From Betaproteobacteria bacterium (GTDB lineage: Bacteria; Pseudomonadota; Gammaproteobacteria; Burkholderiales; Rhodocyclaceae), in assembly GCA_009781175.1 (NCBI GenBank), contig WQYQ01000013.1, positions 13,581-77,580 of the forward strand: 64,000 bases of DNA, read 5' to 3'. Of this stretch, positions 47,939 to 58,223 are shown in pieces. Position numbers and translations under genes: made by a program. The notes beneath the pieces are model-generated. The model was not told the origin of the DNA. It worked only from the letters and a program-made list of their open reading frames with translations, and did not search any database. Position 1 is the first letter of the stretch. Each line of letters begins with the position of its first letter.

Positions 47939-48313
47939 TCAGTCGGCGGCAAGGCTGTGCGCGGGCGCGGCGAGGTTGCGCCGGCGCGTCGGCGTGGTGC
48001 TCCAGATCTCTTCGAGGTTGTAATACGCGCGCACCGCGGGCTGCATGACGTGCACAACGATGTCGCCGAGATCGACGAGAATCCATTCCCCGCTTTGTTC
48101 GCCTTCGCTGCTGATGACTTCGCCGCCGGCTTCGCGGACCTTGTCGGCGACGTTGCGCGCGAGCGCCTTGGTCTGGCGGGTCGAATCGGCGCTGGCGATG
48201 ACGATCCGGTCGAAAAGAGCAGTCAGTTGGGTGGTGTTGATGATTTCAATGTCTTTCGCCTTGATGTCTTCCAGGGCGGTGACGACGGTTTTTTCTAACT
48301 TGCGGATGTCCAT
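47939..48313 (-). CDS. rsfS: Ribosome silencing factor
   Basis: LEDIKAKDI, WILVDLGDIVVHVM, YYNLEEIW. Confidence 0.96.
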   Translation of the reverse strand: MDIRKLEKTVVTALEDIKAKDIEIINTTQLTALFDRIVIASADSTRQTKALARNVADKVREAGGEVISSEGEQSGEWILVDLGDIVVHVMQPAVRAYYNLEEIWSTTPTRRRNLAAPAHSLAAD

Positions 48314-48321
48314 TTAGGCTC

Positions 48322-48984
48322 TCAGGGCTCCTTTGGTGAATAGAGTCGGTGCAGGGCAATATAGTCGATCAGCGCATCTGGCAACAGGTAGCGTGGGCTT
48401 GCGCGGCGCGCGAGCAGGGCGCGGATCGCGGTGGCGGAGATGTCGAGCGGCGTGATGTCGAACTGCACGATGCGCCCGACCGGCGCTTCCCGTAGCGCCG
48501 CGATCGGGCCGCTGCGTGCGCGCCAAAGCTCGGCGAGCGCGGCGGGCCAGGCTTGCGTATTGAGCGCATGGCCGGGGCGGCTTGCGACGCCGATATGCGC
48601 GAGCGAGATCAGCGCTTCCCAGCGATGCCAGCTCGCGAGCCCGGCAAAGGCATCGGCGCCGAGCAACAGGACGAGCGGTTGTTGCGCGCCGAGTTCTTGG
48701 CGCAGCCGTTCCAGCGTCGGCACGGTGTAGCTCGGTGCGTCCGACAGGACCTCCGCGGGGTCGACGCTCAGGCGCGGATTGCCGGCTGCCGCGATCTCCA
48801 CCATCGCCAGCCGCTGCGCGGCCGTGGCGTGCGGCGTGGCGCGATGTTTTGGCACCCCGGCGGGGATCAGGCGCACCCGCGCGAGTCCGAGGGTGCTGAT
48901 GGCCTCTTCGGCAAAGCGGAGGTGGCCGTAGTGGATCGGATCGAAGGAGCCGCCGAGCAGGCCGAGCGGTTCAGGTTTCGCCAT
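48322..48984 (-). CDS. nadD: Nicotinate-nucleotide adenylyltransferase
   Basis: GGSFDPIHYGHL, SYTVPTL, LGADAF, ISATAIR; start MAKPEPL (ATG 48984). Confidence 0.95.
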   Translation of the reverse strand: MAKPEPLGLLGGSFDPIHYGHLRFAEEAISTLGLARVRLIPAGVPKHRATPHATAAQRLAMVEIAAAGNPRLSVDPAEVLSDAPSYTVPTLERLRQELGAQQPLVLLLGADAFAGLASWHRWEALISLAHIGVASRPGHALNTQAWPAALAELWRARSGPIAALREAPVGRIVQFDITPLDISATAIRALLARRASPRYLLPDALIDYIALHRLYSPKEP

Positions 48985-49786
48985 CGAAAAGCTCGGGCAG
49001 CACATCGCGCACGTTGGCATAGAACGCGCCGTACAGAATCGGCACCAGCAGCAGCGGGAGCAGCACCGTGACGAGCGAGCCGAGCGCCGGCGTGAAACTG
49101 AGCAGGATCCCGATGCAGAACAGCAAGATCCAGAACAGGCCCATGCAGGCGAGGCCGAAGACAATGAAGGCGCGCAGGTTCCGCCAGCAGGCGACGATGC
49201 TGAAGAAGGCCGATTTGAGCGGCGGCAGGCCGCGCCAGCCGGTCAGCAGCGGTGCGAACCAGTTGGCGGCGGTGAGCACCAGGGACAGCAGCGTGAGCAG
49301 CAAGGCCGAGCGGCGCAGGGTTTGCATGTCGAGCTGCTTATCGTTGAGTTTGTTCAAGTCCTGCATGACGCTGAAGAGCAGGCCGTCGTCGGTCAGCGAG
49401 ATCAGGCCCAGCGTGAGCAGGCTGCCCAGATAGTAGAGGCCGCCGAGCATGAGCAAGGGGCGCAGATGCGGGCCGAGGCGGGAAAACAGATAACCGGGCA
49501 GCACGCGTTCGCCGCGTTCGATGGCCCGGCAGGCGTTGAACACGCCAACCGAAAGCACTGGCAGCAACAGCGCGAAGGGCAGTTGTCCAATGAAATTCGC
49601 GAGGTTTTGCGGCAGCAGTTCGGCGAGCGTCTGGTCGAGAATCTGGCCGAAGATTAGCGCGACGAGCAGGCAGAAAAACATCAGCATGACATTGCCGGTC
49701 AGGCCGAGCGGGTTGCGGCGGTAAAGCGCCACACCGTCGCGGAGCCAGGCGACACCACGGGTGGCGGGAAGTTTGCGAACTTGCAT
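48971..49786 (-). CDS. BPSS1780-family membrane protein
   Basis: RGVAWLRDG, WFAPLL, KSAFFSIVACWRN. Confidence 0.8.
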   Translation of the reverse strand: MQVRKLPATRGVAWLRDGVALYRRNPLGLTGNVMLMFFCLLVALIFGQILDQTLAELLPQNLANFIGQLPFALLLPVLSVGVFNACRAIERGERVLPGYLFSRLGPHLRPLLMLGGLYYLGSLLTLGLISLTDDGLLFSVMQDLNKLNDKQLDMQTLRRSALLLTLLSLVLTAANWFAPLLTGWRGLPPLKSAFFSIVACWRNLRAFIVFGLACMGLFWILLFCIGILLSFTPALGSLVTVLLPLLLVPILYGAFYANVRDVLPELFDGET

Positions 49787-49791
49787 GGGGC

Positions 49792-50538
49792 TTAGTCGGC
49801 GGGCGAGTCAGTTGGGGGGTCGAGTTCGAACACGTCGCGGTAGGAGGCGTAAATCGTGGTCGAAATCAGCGGAATCAGGACCAGGATGCCAAACCCGAAC
49901 GTGAGCGTGAGGAACAGCGGGACGACGATCGAGAGCAGCAGCGCGAGCAGCAGGCTGGCGCTCGCATTGTGAATGCAGGCGCGCAGCGACAGGCGCATGG
50001 CTTCGAAAGGCGGGCGCGCGTCGAGCATGACGAGCGCGGGGGCGAACCACAGCGTCAGCAGCAGGGCGACCGTGACCGCGGCGCTGACGAGCCAGTCGGC
50101 GAACAGGCTTTCTATGAGCATATCGATGCGCAAGGGCAGGCCCGCGAAGAAATGGGCGATCGCATTGGTGAGCAAGGTGATCGCGAATGTCGCAATGCCC
50201 GCGAGCGTGAGCGCAAGTCCGAACAACAGGCCGACCATCGCGAGATTGCCCGCGTGCTGCCTGAAACCGTCGAAAACCTCGCTGATGTGCAGATCGTCGC
50301 GCTCGTGCAGGTGGTGGGCGGCGGCCACCATGCTTCCCGCGAGCACTTGCAGGATGATCATCGCGAGGATGCGGCCAAAGAAGGGTAGCGCGCCGGTGAA
50401 GGCGAGCAGCAGAAAGGTCACGAAAGCCATCAGCACCCATTCGAGCGGTTTGCGTATGAACAGGCGCCAGCCTGCCATGACCCAGCGGAATACCTGGGTG
50501 GCGGGGACGGAGCGTAGCGATGGAGGGTGAGCGCTCAT
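49792..50538 (-). CDS. BPSS1780-family membrane protein
   Basis: GWRLF, LWFAPALV, EAMRLSLRACIHN, YASYRDVF. Confidence 0.8.
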   Translation of the reverse strand: MSAHPPSLRSVPATQVFRWVMAGWRLFIRKPLEWVLMAFVTFLLLAFTGALPFFGRILAMIILQVLAGSMVAAAHHLHERDDLHISEVFDGFRQHAGNLAMVGLLFGLALTLAGIATFAITLLTNAIAHFFAGLPLRIDMLIESLFADWLVSAAVTVALLLTLWFAPALVMLDARPPFEAMRLSLRACIHNASASLLLALLLSIVVPLFLTLTFGFGILVLIPLISTTIYASYRDVFELDPPTDSPAD

Positions 50539-50596
50539 GGGCGGGTTCTGGGCTGGATGGGCAAACGGGCGATCCTATCGAATCGGCCGTTTGGGT

Positions 50597-51547
50597 TCAA
50601 ATCGGAAATGCCTTGGCGGCGCGGGCTTGCGTGGCATGCAGTTGCAGGATGTCGCGATATTCGGCCGGGTTTTTGACCGTGACAAGCTCGCCCGCGCGCG
50701 GGAGGTGGAAATCTTCCAGGCGCGACAGCCAGAAACGCAGCGCGGCGCGGCGCAGGATCGCTGGCCAGGCATCGGCTTCCGCTGGGGTAAAAGGGCGGTT
50801 GGTGTGATAGCTTTCGAGCAGGGCCTGGGCGCGCGCCGTGTCGAGCGTGCCGTTGGGCCATGTGCACCAGTCGTTGACGGTGATGGCGACATCGAGCAGC
50901 AGCGCGTCGTTGCAAGCGAAGTAAAAATCGATGACGCCGCCGATGTGCGCGCCGTCCCACAACACATTGTCGCGAAACAGGTCGGCATGAATCACTCCCT
51001 GCGGCAATGCGGCGCGGTCGATTTGGCGCTGGAGCGTGAGTTCGTCTTCCAGCAGCGCGCGATCGTCGTTGCTTAAATAAGGCAGCACGCGTGTTGCCGT
51101 TTGTTCGCGCCAGTGCGCGCCGCGCGGATTGCTCTGCTTACGCTTGTAAGAAAGGCCGCCGAGGTGCAAGGCGGCGAGCATGACGCCGACGCGCGCGCAA
51201 TGCTCGCTCGACGGGGCCGTGTCCGAATGCCCACTGAGACGGGTGACGAGCACGGCGGGTTTGCCCGCGAGGGTGCCGAGGTATTCGTTGGAGCGGTTCG
51301 ATACCGGCGCCGGCACCGGCAGCCCGTGCCGCGCGAGGTGCGCCATCAGGTTCAGATAAAACGGCAGATCGGCACGCGCCACGCTTTCGAACAGCGTGAG
51401 CACGTAGCGGCCCAGGCTGGTCGTGACGAAAAAGTTGCTGTTCTGTACGCCGGCCTCGATTCCTTGCAGATTTTCGAGCTTGCCGACCGCATAGTCGGCA
51501 AGCCAAGCTTGCATGGTCGAGTCGGATATGGCGGTAAATACGGACAT
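50597..51547 (-). CDS. thrB: Homoserine kinase (type II, APH-like)
   Basis: MSVFT, GVQNSNFF, IHADLFRDN, IDFYFAC, RFWLSRL. Confidence 0.94.
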   Translation of the reverse strand: MSVFTAISDSTMQAWLADYAVGKLENLQGIEAGVQNSNFFVTTSLGRYVLTLFESVARADLPFYLNLMAHLARHGLPVPAPVSNRSNEYLGTLAGKPAVLVTRLSGHSDTAPSSEHCARVGVMLAALHLGGLSYKRKQSNPRGAHWREQTATRVLPYLSNDDRALLEDELTLQRQIDRAALPQGVIHADLFRDNVLWDGAHIGGVIDFYFACNDALLLDVAITVNDWCTWPNGTLDTARAQALLESYHTNRPFTPAEADAWPAILRRAALRFWLSRLEDFHLPRAGELVTVKNPAEYRDILQLHATQARAAKAFPI

Positions 51548-51572
51548 GGATAGCGCTGGGGGGACGTTGCGC

Positions 51573-51911
51573 TTACCAGCGCCTGAGTACCCACATCGGG
51601 ACCGAGAGTTGCCGGTTGGCGGGGTCGAAACGGCTGAAAACGCCGTTGCCTTTCGCGTCGATCAGGTAATACGGCGCGCCGACTCGCGGGGTCACCCGGA
51701 TCATGTAGAGCGCGCCGTGGATGCGGTATTCCTCGACGCGGTCTTCCCCGCGCGTCGTAATCGTGATTTCGGGCGCTTCGTCCTCGTCCACGCCTTGTGG
51801 CATTGGCGGCGGTTGCGTATCGGGCAGCGGCTCGAGATTGGCGGGTTTGTCCTGCGCGAACGCAGGCGCGGCGGCAAGCAGAATGAGGCTGAAAAGTAGA
51901 CGCAGGCGCAT
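51573..51911 (-). CDS. DUF2782-domain exported protein
   Basis: EEYRIHGALYMIRVTP...PYYLID...VPMWVL. Confidence 0.85.
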   Translation of the reverse strand: MRLRLLFSLILLAAAPAFAQDKPANLEPLPDTQPPPMPQGVDEDEAPEITITTRGEDRVEEYRIHGALYMIRVTPRVGAPYYLIDAKGNGVFSRFDPANRQLSVPMWVLRRW

Positions 51912-51919
51912 GGTGGTTC

Positions 51920-52648
51920 TCACAGGTTGAGCATGAGTTCGTGTTCGTGCGGCAGAGGTTCGAAACCGCGATGTTCGTAGTGTTTGAAGATCGCTTCAAG
52001 CACTTCCTCCGGGGAGTCGAGCAGTTGAATCAGATCCAGGTCTTCGGGGTGAATCATTTGTTCGCTGACGAGACGCTCGCGGAACCAGTCGATCAACCCT
52101 TTCCAAAACGGCGAATGCATCAGGATAACGGGGATGCGGCGTGTTTTTTCGGTTTGGATCAGGGTCAGCGACTCCATCAACTCGTCCAGCGTGCCGAAGC
52201 CGCCCGGCATCACAACATACGCGCTCGCGTATTTTACGAACATATATTTGCGGGCGAAGAAATGCTTGAAGGTTTGCGAGATGTCCTGGTACGGATTGCT
52301 GTGCTGTTCCATCGGCAATTGAATATTCAGGCCGACCGAGGGCGACTTGCCGTGAAACGCGCCCTTGTTGGCCGCTTCCATGATGCCTGGCCCGCCGCCC
52401 GAGATGACGGTGAAGCCCGCGTCGGAAAGCCGCTGCGCGACGTCTTCCATCATCAGATAGTACGGATGGTCGACCGGCGTGCGTGCGCTGCCGAAGACCG
52501 TGACCGCCGGGCGAACCTGCGCCAGCCGCTCGGTCGCCTCGACGAACTCTGACATAATTCCGAACACCCGCCAGGCCTCGCGCGCCATCATGCTGCGGAA
52601 ACCATGTATTTCGGGGCCTGCCGGCGGAAGTTTGTCTTTTATGTTCAT
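51920..52648 (-). CDS. LOG/Rossmann-fold nucleotide-binding protein (TIGR00730-like)
   Basis: SGGGPGIMEAANKGA, FFARK, PGGFGTLDE. Confidence 0.92.
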   Translation of the reverse strand: MNIKDKLPPAGPEIHGFRSMMAREAWRVFGIMSEFVEATERLAQVRPAVTVFGSARTPVDHPYYLMMEDVAQRLSDAGFTVISGGGPGIMEAANKGAFHGKSPSVGLNIQLPMEQHSNPYQDISQTFKHFFARKYMFVKYASAYVVMPGGFGTLDELMESLTLIQTEKTRRIPVILMHSPFWKGLIDWFRERLVSEQMIHPEDLDLIQLLDSPEEVLEAIFKHYEHRGFEPLPHEHELMLNL

Positions 52649-52726
52649 CTTTGATCTTTCAGTCGTAGGACGGTATACGGTCTGGGACCGCGCATCGCGT
52701 TCGCGACATTTTCCGGATTCAAGCCC

Positions 52727-55450
52727 ATGCCGACGCTGCTATTAGTCGACGGATCGTCCTATTTATATCGCGCTTTCCACGCCTTGCCGGATTTGCGCAA
52801 TGCCCTTGGAGAGCCGACTGGCGCGGTGAAGGGCGTATTGAGCATGCTACGCTCGCTGCAAGCGAGCTACAAGGCAGAGCGTCTCGCGTGTGTCTTCGAT
52901 GCCAAGGGTAAAACCTTTCGCGACGATCTTTATCCCGAATACAAAGCGAACCGCCCGCCGATGCCCGACGATCTGCGCGCGCAGATCGAGCCGCTGCATG
53001 CCTGCGTGACGGCGATGGGCTGGCCGGTTCTGGTGGTCGATGGCGTCGAGGCGGATGATGTGATCGGCACCCTGGCGCAGCGGGCGGAACGCGCGGGTTA
53101 TGCTGTCGTCATATCGACCGGCGACAAGGACATGGCCCAGCTCGTCACGCCGAACGTCACACTCATCAACACGATGAGCAACGAAACGCTCGACGAGGCC
53201 GGCGTGCTGGTGAAGTTCGGCGTGCCGCCCGCACGCATCGTCGATTACCTGAGTCTGGTCGGCGACAGCGTCGACAATGTGCCCGGCGTCGAAAAATGCG
53301 GCCCCAAAACGGCGGCTAAATGGCTCGGCGAATATGGCTCGCTCGATAGCATCGTCGCGCGCGCGGGCGAGATCAAAGGCGTGGTTGGAGAAAACCTGCG
53401 CAAGCATCTCGATTTCCTGCCCCTGGGCCGGCAGCTTGTGACGATTGTCACCGACTGCGCTTTGCCGGTCGGCTTGGATGATCTTGCCGAGAAGCCTGTC
53501 GATGCCGCAACGCTGTTGCCATTGTACGAGCGGCTCGCATTCAAAAGCTGGCTGCGTGAGCTGCGCAGCGGCGCGCCAGTTTCCGCCGCGCCAAACGCCG
53601 CCGCCGCGCCTGTCGCAGCGCCCGAAGCGCCGGGCGCGCATCGGGCGGGTTATGAAACGATTCTCGACGAAGCCGCGTTCGCGCGCTGGCTGGCCTTGAT
53701 CGACACGGCGGAACTGACAGCCTTCGATACCGAAACCACCAGCCTCGAACCGCTCCAGGCGCGCATGGTCGGTCTGAGCTTCTGCGTCGCGCCCGGCCAA
53801 GCGGCCTATCTGCCCCTCGGCCACCGCTATCCGGACGCGCCGGATCAGTTGCCGCGCGAAGCTGTGCTGGCGCGGCTCAAGCCCTGGTTCGAGGCGGACG
53901 GCAAACGCAAGGTCGGCCAGAACATCAAGTACGACATGCATGTGCTGGCGAACGAGGGCATTCACCTGCGCGGCATCGCGCACGACACGCTGCTCGAATC
54001 CTTCATCGTCGAAAGCGATAAGGGGCACGACCTTGACCAGCTTGCCAAACGTCATACGGGGATGACGGGAACCCTGTCCTACACCGATGTTTGCGGCAAG
54101 GGTGCGAATCAGATTTCCTTCGCGGATGTCGAACTTGCCCGCGCGACCGAGTATGCCGCCGAGGATGCTGATGCGACGCTGCGCGTACACCAGACATTGC
54201 TGCCGCGTGTCGAAGCGGAAGCCGGGTTGACAAGGCTCTATCGCGAAATCGAAATGCCCGCGATCGAAGTGCTGTTCGAGATGGAGCGCAACGGCGTTTT
54301 GATCAATCGCGATCTGCTCATCGCGCAGAGCGACACGCTCGGCCGCCGCATGCTCGAAATCGAAACGCAGGCGCATAGCGTGGCCAGACAGCCGTTCAAC
54401 CTCAACAGCCCAAAGCAGATTCAGGAGATTCTGTTTGAACGCGAGAAGCTGCCCGTGGTGAAAAAAACGCCAAGCGGCGCCCCTTCGACCGATGAAGAAG
54501 TGCTGCAACAGCTGGCGCTCGATTACCCGTTGCCGAAGCTGATTCTCGAATACCGGCAATTCGCCAAACTCAAAAGCACTTATACCGACAAGCTCCCGCG
54601 CGCCGTCAATCCGCGCACCGGGCGGGTGCACACCAGCTTTGCGCAGGCCGGTGCGGTGACGGGACGGCTCGCGAGTTCGGAACCGAACCTGCAAAACATC
54701 CCCGTGCGCACCGAGGAAGGGCGGCGGATTCGCGCGGCCTTCATCGCGCAGCCGGGGCATTCGATCGTCTCGGCCGACTATTCGCAGATCGAATTGCGCA
54801 TCATGGCGCATCTGTCCAACGACGCGCGTTTGCTCGATGCGTTCGCGCGCGGCGAGGATGTGCATCGCGCGACGGCGGCGGAGGTTTTCAATCTGACGCC
54901 GATCGAGGTGACGAGCGAGCAGCGCCGCTACGCCAAAACGATCAACTTCGGCTTGATCTACGGAATGAGCGCGCACGGGCTCGCCAAAGCGCTCGACCTC
55001 GAACGCAGCGCCGCGCAGGCTTACATCGACCGCTACTTTGCGCGCTACCCCGGCGTGGCGCGTTACATGGAAGAAACCCGCGCCAAGGCGCGCGAACAAG
55101 GCTATGTTGAAACCGTTTTCGGCCGCCGTTTATGGCTGCCGGATATCCGCGCCAGCCAGGTCGGCCGTCGTCAGGGCGCGGAACGCGCGGCGATCAACGC
55201 GCCGATGCAGGGTACCGCGGCGGATATCGTCAAACTCGCGATGCGCGCCGTGTATGACTGGCTGCATGCGCGCCAGGCTCAATCCCGGCTGGTTCTCCAG
55301 GTCCACGACGAACTTGTGCTCGAAGTACCCGATGCGGAACTGGCCGAAATGCGCGACGAACTGCCGCGCCTGATGGGGAGCGTTGCTACGCTCAAGGTTC
55401 CGCTGGTCGTTGAAGTCGGCGCGGGAGAAAACTGGGACCGCGCGCATTGA
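52727..55450 (+). CDS. polA: DNA polymerase I
   Basis: LVDGSSYLYRAFHA, FDTETTSL, ADYSQIELR, KTINFGLIYG, QVHDEL. Confidence 0.98.
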   Translation: MPTLLLVDGSSYLYRAFHALPDLRNALGEPTGAVKGVLSMLRSLQASYKAERLACVFDAKGKTFRDDLYPEYKANRPPMPDDLRAQIEPLHACVTAMGWPVLVVDGVEADDVIGTLAQRAERAGYAVVISTGDKDMAQLVTPNVTLINTMSNETLDEAGVLVKFGVPPARIVDYLSLVGDSVDNVPGVEKCGPKTAAKWLGEYGSLDSIVARAGEIKGVVGENLRKHLDFLPLGRQLVTIVTDCALPVGLDDLAEKPVDAATLLPLYERLAFKSWLRELRSGAPVSAAPNAAAAPVAAPEAPGAHRAGYETILDEAAFARWLALIDTAELTAFDTETTSLEPLQARMVGLSFCVAPGQAAYLPLGHRYPDAPDQLPREAVLARLKPWFEADGKRKVGQNIKYDMHVLANEGIHLRGIAHDTLLESFIVESDKGHDLDQLAKRHTGMTGTLSYTDVCGKGANQISFADVELARATEYAAEDADATLRVHQTLLPRVEAEAGLTRLYREIEMPAIEVLFEMERNGVLINRDLLIAQSDTLGRRMLEIETQAHSVARQPFNLNSPKQIQEILFEREKLPVVKKTPSGAPSTDEEVLQQLALDYPLPKLILEYRQFAKLKSTYTDKLPRAVNPRTGRVHTSFAQAGAVTGRLASSEPNLQNIPVRTEEGRRIRAAFIAQPGHSIVSADYSQIELRIMAHLSNDARLLDAFARGEDVHRATAAEVFNLTPIEVTSEQRRYAKTINFGLIYGMSAHGLAKALDLERSAAQAYIDRYFARYPGVARYMEETRAKAREQGYVETVFGRRLWLPDIRASQVGRRQGAERAAINAPMQGTAADIVKLAMRAVYDWLHARQAQSRLVLQVHDELVLEVPDAELAEMRDELPRLMGSVATLKVPLVVEVGAGENWDRAH

Positions 55451-55453
55451 AGC

Positions 55454-56308
55454 TCAGCGCAGGCGCAGTTTCAAAGCGTCCAGCACCGCGCGCCGGCGAT
55501 AGGCCGAATTGGTTTCCGCTTCGGGTAGCGCGCCTTGCCAGGGCTGGCCGCGCTGTAATACATGGCGCGTGAAGGTCGAGGAGGCGATACCCCATTTGCG
55601 TAGAAATTGCAGGCGTCCGTGATTGTGTTTGATGCGCTTCGTCGAACGCGAAGCGAAGTGGTAGACCAGCGCGTCGCCGACGCCGAGGAAATGCCGGCAA
55701 CCGATGTGCCAGAGCTTCATCGAAAGGTCGGGGTCGGAATACATGCCGGGCGAAAATTCGATCGAAAAGCCGCCGACGATATCCCAAGTATCGGCTGGCA
55801 GCAGTAGCGGCGGCCAGGTTGCGCCGCGCCAGTCGGGTTTGGCGAGGCGCGCTAAATCGCGCAGCAAATCCTGTTCGCGGAAATCCGTCCAATCGCTGCC
55901 GTAGTCGGCGACGATTGCCGCGTCATTGCCCGAATCCAGCGCTTCGATCAGCGTGCCCGAGACCATGAAGTGTTCGATGCCTGCGTCATGAAACGCTTTG
56001 GCGCGTGCAAGCAGCAGCCGGTCAAGCCCCGGGCAGACGAACATGTCGTCGTTCAGGTACATCAAATAGCGGCCGCGGGCCTTGCTGCGGGCAAGATTCA
56101 TGGCATAACAGATGCCGACGTTTTTCTCGGTATGCGTGTGCGGGATATGTTGCTCGCGCGCCCAGGCCAGGGTGCCGTCCGAGCCATCGTTGATATGCAG
56201 AACGATTTCGGTATTGGGAAAGAGATTCGCACGCAGGCTTTTCAGGCAGTGTTGCAGGCAGTCCAGATTGTTCCAGGTGGGGATCAGGATTGATAAATCG
56301 GGCCTCAT
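55454..56308 (-). CDS. Glycosyltransferase family 2
   Basis: ILIPTWN, YLNDD, GMYSDPDLSMK. Confidence 0.88.
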   Translation of the reverse strand: MRPDLSILIPTWNNLDCLQHCLKSLRANLFPNTEIVLHINDGSDGTLAWAREQHIPHTHTEKNVGICYAMNLARSKARGRYLMYLNDDMFVCPGLDRLLLARAKAFHDAGIEHFMVSGTLIEALDSGNDAAIVADYGSDWTDFREQDLLRDLARLAKPDWRGATWPPLLLPADTWDIVGGFSIEFSPGMYSDPDLSMKLWHIGCRHFLGVGDALVYHFASRSTKRIKHNHGRLQFLRKWGIASSTFTRHVLQRGQPWQGALPEAETNSAYRRRAVLDALKLRLR

Positions 56309-57492
56309 GTTTTTTCGTGTCCTTGTTCGGGTTGGGACGTGCCGAGAATGCGCTCATATAGCGTTTCTTGCCGGTTTGCCAGTGCGGGCCAGTCGTACTG
56401 CGTGGCAAAGCGCTGTCCTGCGGCGGAAAGCCGCGTGCGCAATACCGGGTCGCTCAAAATACGGCTGATGGCCGCGGCGATTTCGGCGCTGTCGCGCGGA
56501 TCGGTGAGCAGCAAGGCTTCATCGCCGTCGTGTAGGTGGGCGGCAATCCCGCACCAGTGCGGGCCGCTGACGATGACTGGCAGGCCATACGCCATTGCTT
56601 CGGCAACGACCATGCCGAAAGTGTCTTCGAGCGTCGGATGGACGAGCAGATCCGCGGCGCGATAGGCGGGCGTGGGATCGGTGAGCACGCTGGCAAAATG
56701 CACGCGCGCCGTGATGCCCAATGCTTCGGCGCGCTGTCGCGCCGCCGGAATGTAGTTTTCGTTACCCACGACGAGCAGGTGTGCATCAGGCTGCTTGGCA
56801 AGTGCCGTCATGAGCGCGGGCAAGCCTTTTTTGTCGTAATCGCCCGCAATGAACAGCAGTAGCGGCGCTTCTGGCGGGATGCCGTAACGCTGGCGCGTTT
56901 GCGCACGATCGTCTTGTGCAATTGCAGGGTTGACGCCGGGGGGGATGATGTCGATTTTGCCGTGCAAATGTGGATAGACTGTTTCCAGTTCATCGCGCAA
57001 GGCATTGGACACCGCGATGATGGCGCGCCGCGGCGAGGCGCGCAGGCGGGCACGCTCGACGCCGAAGTAATACATCAGGCGCGGACTGAATAAGATTTCC
57101 GCTTGGCGCAGCAAGCGCTTGAAGCGGCCAACGCAGAGAAACCGCGTGGCACGGATTGGCCGTACGTGCATGGTGTGCACATTCCCGTGCCAAACGGCTT
57201 CATGCGAATGAACTATGTCGAAGCCGTGCCGTGTCTGGCGTGCCGTCCACGCCGCGAACCACCAGAGATTGAGCCAGCGCGGCCGGGTCAGAAGTTGCGG
57301 AACGCGATGCTGGATGACACCGGGAATTTCACTGCGGAAATGCTGCGCGAAGACATGAATCTCATGCCGCGATGCAAGTTGCTGCACGAGTGCGATCGCA
57401 TAGCGCTCGGCACCGCCTCCGGCTGGATCAAAATGCCGTATGAGAACGGCGATTTTCAAGCGGCGCCTCGTCCGCGCCGAGGTGGGATTCAT
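56305..57492 (-). CDS. Glycosyltransferase family 4
   Basis: GGGAERY, KKG, PTLEDTFGMVVAEAMAYG. Confidence 0.92.
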   Translation of the reverse strand: MNPTSARTRRRLKIAVLIRHFDPAGGGAERYAIALVQQLASRHEIHVFAQHFRSEIPGVIQHRVPQLLTRPRWLNLWWFAAWTARQTRHGFDIVHSHEAVWHGNVHTMHVRPIRATRFLCVGRFKRLLRQAEILFSPRLMYYFGVERARLRASPRRAIIAVSNALRDELETVYPHLHGKIDIIPPGVNPAIAQDDRAQTRQRYGIPPEAPLLLFIAGDYDKKGLPALMTALAKQPDAHLLVVGNENYIPAARQRAEALGITARVHFASVLTDPTPAYRAADLLVHPTLEDTFGMVVAEAMAYGLPVIVSGPHWCGIAAHLHDGDEALLLTDPRDSAEIAAAISRILSDPVLRTRLSAAGQRFATQYDWPALANRQETLYERILGTSQPEQGHEKT

Positions 57493-58214
57493 CGATGCCT
57501 GTCTTCATAACGGGTCTTTAGCTTGAGCAGCATATGCAGAAGATTCGTCGATTGCGCGACGAGCACGCGCGGTAACGCATACATGCTGTCCCCGGTGCCG
57601 GCGCGGCCGCGCTGCACGGTGGTCGCGCTTTGATAGCCGGCGGCTCGGACGATTCTTTTGTGTGCCGATGTATAGCGCCCATACGGATAGCAAAAGTGCA
57701 GCACTGCGGCGTCCAGCGCATCTTCCAGGTCTTTGCGGCAGCCTACGATCTGGTCACGGACCGCATCGGCATGGCAACGGGTCAGATCGATGTGATCGCG
57801 CGAATGGGCGCCGACATCCATGCCGGCTTTGATCCAGGTGCGCAATTCCGCTTCGCTCATCAAGCGCTTCATCTCGATGCCGAGCGGCGCGTCCCAGGAA
57901 TTGGTGCGTCCAATGGCATTGCTCACGGCATAAACCGTCGCGCTGAATCCGGCCGCTTTCAAGATCGGTAGCGCATGTTTGAGATTATTCCGATAGCCGT
58001 CGTCGAACGTGATGCCGACGACCTTTCCTTCTTTCTGCCCTTTCAGATAAGGCATCAGTTCGGGCATCGAAAGCCCTTTGTAGCCGAGCAGCTTGATGAG
58101 CTTCATCTGGCGGGCGAAAGCGCCGGGCGACACGACCATTCCCCGCAGCGGCGTGCCGGACGGTGGCGGTTGGTCGATCTGGTGGTACATCAGGATTGGA
58201 ATCTGCACTCGCAT
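57489..58214 (-). CDS. Polysaccharide deacetylase
   Basis: ILMYH, ITFDDGY, GAHSRDH, FCYPYG. Confidence 0.92.
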   Translation of the reverse strand: MRVQIPILMYHQIDQPPPSGTPLRGMVVSPGAFARQMKLIKLLGYKGLSMPELMPYLKGQKEGKVVGITFDDGYRNNLKHALPILKAAGFSATVYAVSNAIGRTNSWDAPLGIEMKRLMSEAELRTWIKAGMDVGAHSRDHIDLTRCHADAVRDQIVGCRKDLEDALDAAVLHFCYPYGRYTSAHKRIVRAAGYQSATTVQRGRAGTGDSMYALPRVLVAQSTNLLHMLLKLKTRYEDRHR

Positions 58215-58223
58215 CGTCGAACT

